Assembly (NCBI GenBank): GCA_964411885.1
Contig: CAYPMK010000001.1
Span: 13,953 to 65,165, forward strand
DNA length: 51,213 nt
Direction: 5' to 3'
Source: an uncultured Bdellovibrionales bacterium
GTDB taxonomy: Bacteria; Bdellovibrionota; JAFGOL01
Part shown: positions 47,625-51,213 of the stretch, in pieces
Layout of the letters: each line of letters begins with the position of its first letter
How positions within the stretch are numbered: the stretch's first letter is position 1
Program-made: the position numbers and the translations under genes
Notes under the pieces: model-generated
What the model was told of the DNA's origin: nothing
What the model saw: only the letters and a program-made list of their open reading frames with translations
The model's database searches: none

Positions 47625-48688
47625 TGTTTTGGCATAAACATAAAATGTTTATCATGTTCATCTCTATTTTGTTGGTTCTTGTATCGTTATATTATGTGTC
47701 ATCGTTTATGGTTTTTATATATACTCCAGCAACATCATTCAAGGGTGCTCACGTGGTGGACATCCCTCAAGGTGCTTCTTTTAGAAAAATCACAGACATA
47801 CTTAAGCAGAATAGATTGGTTAAAGACAAGAGAAGGTTCTTGATACTTGCAAGGCTAACTGGAGCGGATAAAAAAATACAGTCAGGAGAATTACAGTTCG
47901 ATCTTTCTATGACTCCAATGCAAGTGTTAGATAAGTTAATGTATGGCGTACCTGTAGCCTATGCTTTTGTTGTTCCAGAAGGAACCAACATATATCAGAT
48001 AGGTGAAATACTTAAAAACATGGGAATGATAAAAGATCCATCAGAATTTGTGAATGCAGCAAAGAACAGAAAGCTCATAGAAGAGTTGGGCGTAAAAGCA
48101 AAGAGTATGGAAGGATATTTGTTTCCAGATACTTACAATATAAGAAAGACCAAAGACGTTAAGGATATAATAAGGATGATGCATAAAAAATATAGAGGTG
48201 TCTTTGGCGAGGATCTTTTAAGGCGAGCTTATAAAATGGGCCTTAGTGAACATGAAACGATTACTCTTGCTTCTATAATAGAGAAAGAAACTGGTGCTCC
48301 AGAAGAAAGAAAATTAATTTCTTCTGTGTTTCATAATAGACTAAAAAAAGGCATGCCACTGCAGAGTGATCCTACTACAATATATGGTCTTTGGGAGAGT
48401 TACGACGGTAATCTTACTAAAGATAAATTACAACAATATACGCCTTATAATACTTATAAGATACACGGTCTTCCTGTTGGTCCAATAGCTAATCCGGGCA
48501 AGGAATCGATCGTTGCTGCTCTGTACCCAGATGATTCAGATTATTTATTCTTTGTATCAAAGAATGATGGTACACATACTTTTACTGTTGAATATAAAGA
48601 TCATTTAAAAGCAGTTGGTAAATATCAGCTTGATGTAAAACAACGCCAAGGTAAAAGCTGGCGTGACCTTAAGAAGCGAGATCTTTAA
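47624..48688 (+). CDS. mltG: Endolytic murein transglycosylase MltG (YceG-like)
   Basis: 354 aa with an N-terminal TM. 'SGELQF', 'EGYLFPDTY', 'TLASIIEKET', 'PLQSDPTTIYG', 'YNTYKIHGLPVGPIANPG'. Confidence 0.9.
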   Translation: MFWHKHKMFIMFISILLVLVSLYYVSSFMVFIYTPATSFKGAHVVDIPQGASFRKITDILKQNRLVKDKRRFLILARLTGADKKIQSGELQFDLSMTPMQVLDKLMYGVPVAYAFVVPEGTNIYQIGEILKNMGMIKDPSEFVNAAKNRKLIEELGVKAKSMEGYLFPDTYNIRKTKDVKDIIRMMHKKYRGVFGEDLLRRAYKMGLSEHETITLASIIEKETGAPEERKLISSVFHNRLKKGMPLQSDPTTIYGLWESYDGNLTKDKLQQYTPYNTYKIHGLPVGPIANPGKESIVAALYPDDSDYLFFVSKNDGTHTFTVEYKDHLKAVGKYQLDVKQRQGKSWRDLKKRDL

Positions 48689-50165
48689 GCATCCTTGATG
48701 CTTTTTGATGGTATACATCGCTAGCTGGAACTAAACTTATTATTGCCCTAAGATTTGATTCCATTGATGCTGTGTCTTTGTATGATTTTTCAACTAAAGC
48801 TTTAGCATATAGTAGTTTAGCTTGGTCATGTTTCTTTTTGAAAATAGCATTTAAAGATGTTTTTGCTTCAGCCTGATAAGGGAACACCGCTAATACTCTT
48901 TGATATATCTTAATAGCTTCTTCTTCTGCATCAGCCTTAGCCAATAAAGAAGCTTCTTTATTCATGTGAGAGAATAAACTGTTTGTTATAGATATAACTT
49001 TATTTTTAGTTCTAAAAGCCTTCAAGAAAGATGTTCTTCCACTTTGTCCTTGTCCCATTGCTATTATTTTATTAGCAAGTTCGAATGCCGTTGTATAATC
49101 CTGTGTTTTGAATGCTCTGGTCATTTCATTAGCATATATCTCTGCCTGAGGGATTGTTTTTGATTCGGTGCTTTCTATTACTGGCTGATGTTTCTTGGTT
49201 ATTTCACTCTGCGCCAAGAGTATTCCATCATAAGCACTGTTGTTGTATTCATCTATTTCTAGTATTTTTGAATATATATTGATAGCGTTCTCGAATTCTT
49301 CACGACCTAAAGCCTGGCTTCCTTGTTCAAGAAGTTTTGATATTAGCTCTCTTTTTTCTGATTCTTTCTCTAATTTTTCAAGTTTTTCGTCTGCTAATGA
49401 GTTGTTACCTAGAGCTTCTTCACATGTTGCTATAAAAGCAGGAGCTATAACAGAATTTGGAACCATAGCAAAATAAGCTTCCATTGATTTTTTTGCCAAA
49501 GCAAAGTTTTTTGCCTTGAAATGATATTCAGCAAGCTTAAACATGTTCAATGCTCTAACACGATCTTCTTCACTTAATTTTGTTCCAGTTAGCTCCTGTT
49601 CAGCTGTTAATATTTCTTGTATTTTTGCTTTTTGGATAGAAGGAATAACTTTTGCCTCTTTTTCTGGTCCTGTTAACAAAAGCGTTAGTGCAAATGCTAA
49701 AATACTTATAGCAGAAGCTGTTACAACATTTTTCTTTGTCCATTTTGTTAGTTTTGGAGCATATTTCTTTTCAAAAGAGCTGTTGTCTATAGTTAAAGGA
49801 CGTAAAGAGACCTTATTCATATTTAGGTCTTCTCTTGTTAGAACAAAACTAAAAGAACTTGTTCCAGCAACTATTTTGTCATTACCTGTAAGGATGGCTT
49901 TTCTAACTTTTTTGCCGTTAACGATTAATCCGTTAGAGCTATTAAGGTCTTTTATCTCAAATTTTCCGTCGGTCCTTACCAACATAAAATGGTTTCTTGA
50001 AAGTTTGTCATCATCAACGCATATGTCACATTGTTTTGATCTTCCAACTATAACACAATCGGTACTTATATTTTTTTGTATTTTTTTACCGTTCTCTACG
50101 AATTCGATTACCGGTAGTAATGGTCTTCTTGAGATGAAAGTTGAATCAATAATCTTATTATTCAT
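48669..50165 (-). CDS. FHA-domain protein with one TM and a C-terminal TPR-like helical repeat region
   Basis: 498 aa. FHA 'VIVGRSKQCDICVDDDKLSRNHFMLVR...NSSNGLIVNGKKV', TM 'VVTASAISILAFALTLLL', then A/K/E/L-rich helical repeats. Confidence 0.8.
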   Translation of the reverse strand: MNNKIIDSTFISRRPLLPVIEFVENGKKIQKNISTDCVIVGRSKQCDICVDDDKLSRNHFMLVRTDGKFEIKDLNSSNGLIVNGKKVRKAILTGNDKIVAGTSSFSFVLTREDLNMNKVSLRPLTIDNSSFEKKYAPKLTKWTKKNVVTASAISILAFALTLLLTGPEKEAKVIPSIQKAKIQEILTAEQELTGTKLSEEDRVRALNMFKLAEYHFKAKNFALAKKSMEAYFAMVPNSVIAPAFIATCEEALGNNSLADEKLEKLEKESEKRELISKLLEQGSQALGREEFENAINIYSKILEIDEYNNSAYDGILLAQSEITKKHQPVIESTESKTIPQAEIYANEMTRAFKTQDYTTAFELANKIIAMGQGQSGRTSFLKAFRTKNKVISITNSLFSHMNKEASLLAKADAEEEAIKIYQRVLAVFPYQAEAKTSLNAIFKKKHDQAKLLYAKALVEKSYKDTASMESNLRAIISLVPASDVYHQKASRMLKDLAS

Positions 50166-50311
50166 TGCCTCTTTCCCCCTCTTACACTATAATATACTGC
50201 AAGGACGGTGCCAAAAAGGTTGTTTATAGCCTAATTGCTTAGAATAATTAGATTTATCTTGGCTTTTGAGGCTAAATAACAGGGCTTGGTAACTGACATA
50301 AAATTAGACAC

Positions 50312-50338
50312 CATGATGTATAAAATATATACATCATG
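50312..50338. promoter_or_regulatory. Perfect 11-bp inverted repeat immediately upstream of the last gene
   Basis: CATGATGTATA-aaata-TATACATCATG, ending 1 nt before the tracked TTG and 16 nt before the ATG at 50355. Confidence 0.4.
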
Positions 50339-50354
50339 ATTGGGTGAAAAAAAG

Positions 50355-51200
50355 ATGTTTTTACTAATATGTTCTTTATTATCAAGTGTTTTAACGGCTC
50401 AAAATTATGAAGTAACGCCATATGGAGCAAAGGTGGCTTCTTTGGCAGAAGGTGGCAGAGCCTTTATCAATGGCTATGACTCTATCATGATAAATCCAGC
50501 TGGTACTGCCATGATAGAAGACCCTCAGTTTGGCTTTGCCTTTGATGCTGCTAATTATGTATCTATGTCTATTGGCTATGTCGATGACAGTGGCTTTCAT
50601 ATTATGCAAGTGTTTAAAGATATTGATAGAGCCTTTTCAGTAGCAGGAGCACAAACGTATGCTGGATTTAGTTACGCTTTGTCTAAGTATTGGTTAGTTG
50701 GAGCTAATTTTGGCTATAATTACTATCAAGACAACAATGGATGGGATGTTAATTTTGGTTTAGATTTTGGCCCTGGCCTGAAAAATGCTACTAGAACTGG
50801 CTTTATAGGTGCTGTAACGGTCAGGAACCCTTTTGAAAATGGAGGACAGGGAGAGGTTTCTGGAACACTAGGATATTCATATAAGTCGACGTTTAGCATT
50901 ACGATAGATAACATATATGTTTTTCAAGATGATATAATAATTGGCACAACAGTTGTGGATAGAAAAAGATATGACATAGTGATGGCTCTTGAAAGTTATC
51001 CTTTGGAGTCAGATGATTATTGCATGAGTTTTGCTGGTAGAATAGAGGATGTGAGCGGAGATAATAATCTAAAATTTGGGATTGGTTTTGGATATGTAGG
51101 GGACACTTTTAGGGCGGATCTTGGTCTTTTTGCTACTAAGTTTGAAAAATCTAAAATAGAAAAAATGACTTTTGCTATATCGCTGATATTTGGAGTGTAA
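50355..51200 (+). CDS. Hypothetical exported beta-rich protein (possible outer-membrane protein)
   Basis: The ATG at 50355 gives the signal peptide 'MFLLICSLLSSVLTAQ'. G/F/Y-rich alternating strands. No family recognised. The tracked start is TTG at 50340. Confidence 0.55.
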   Translation: MFLLICSLLSSVLTAQNYEVTPYGAKVASLAEGGRAFINGYDSIMINPAGTAMIEDPQFGFAFDAANYVSMSIGYVDDSGFHIMQVFKDIDRAFSVAGAQTYAGFSYALSKYWLVGANFGYNYYQDNNGWDVNFGLDFGPGLKNATRTGFIGAVTVRNPFENGGQGEVSGTLGYSYKSTFSITIDNIYVFQDDIIIGTTVVDRKRYDIVMALESYPLESDDYCMSFAGRIEDVSGDNNLKFGIGFGYVGDTFRADLGLFATKFEKSKIEKMTFAISLIFGV

Positions 51201-51213
51201 GATTGTTCTTTAG

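Noticed and set aside
49543-50229. Long antisense ORFs: 228 aa opposite the FHA gene, 203 aa at 17630-18241 opposite the COG2403 gene, 156 aa at 42123-42593 opposite acr3, and 161 aa at 20589-21074 opposite manC/SPOR.
   Set aside because: Each lies opposite a gene with strong family motifs. Their S/L/F/I-rich composition is what the reverse complement of K/E-rich coding sequence gives. No convincing SD precedes them and I recognise no family. Treated as shadow ORFs.
1-51213. CRISPR arrays, tandem or dispersed repeats, IS elements, or an alternative genetic code.
   Set aside because: Reading the intergenic regions revealed no spaced direct repeats or terminal inverted repeats. TGA, TAA and TAG are all used as stops of well-supported genes, and ORFs are uninterrupted under the standard code. 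A computational repeat search was not possible here, so short dispersed repeats could have been missed.

Overview
This 51.2 kb window comes from an AT-rich bacterium (mid-30s % GC by eye, not computed). It is densely coded and appears to use the standard genetic code. The organism is probably diderm: the window has the LPS heptose gene hldD, several predicted outer-membrane barrels, a LolA-like protein and SecDF. I cannot place it taxonomically from sequence alone.

I support about 52 CDS, one tRNA (Ser-GGA), three hairpin terminators and a few candidate promoters or operators. Most of the window is housekeeping:
- mtnA, tnaA, the conserved tgt-yajC-secD-secF-recJ block, and queD-queC
- a PIN-PhoH ATPase, a PilZ protein, thyX, ssb, hldD, recO and two mgtE paralogs
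- a KAS III-like enzyme, terC, hsp20, two HAD hydrolases, an AstD-like ALDH, mltG and an FHA protein

I saw no rRNA, CRISPR array, transposase, integrase, prophage gene or recognisable phage-defence gene.

The candidates for something undescribed are all conserved-looking operons of poorly characterised envelope or regulatory genes:
1. A seven-gene envelope operon (26431-32908) built around an orphan family-5 solute-binding lipoprotein, an Omp85-like barrel, a DUF3047-like protein and DedA.
2. An ArsR-less DUF134-arsP-acr3 operon with a promoter-overlapping inverted repeat.
3. A Lol-like ABC / two-FtsX-permease / LolA-like / beta-barrel cluster.
4. A translationally coupled SPOR-manC-PAP2-COG2403 operon.
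5. queD-queC coupled to a DUF366-like gene.
6. An ALDH that lacks both catalytic residues.

All family assignments come from motif recognition by eye. None was checked with a search tool.
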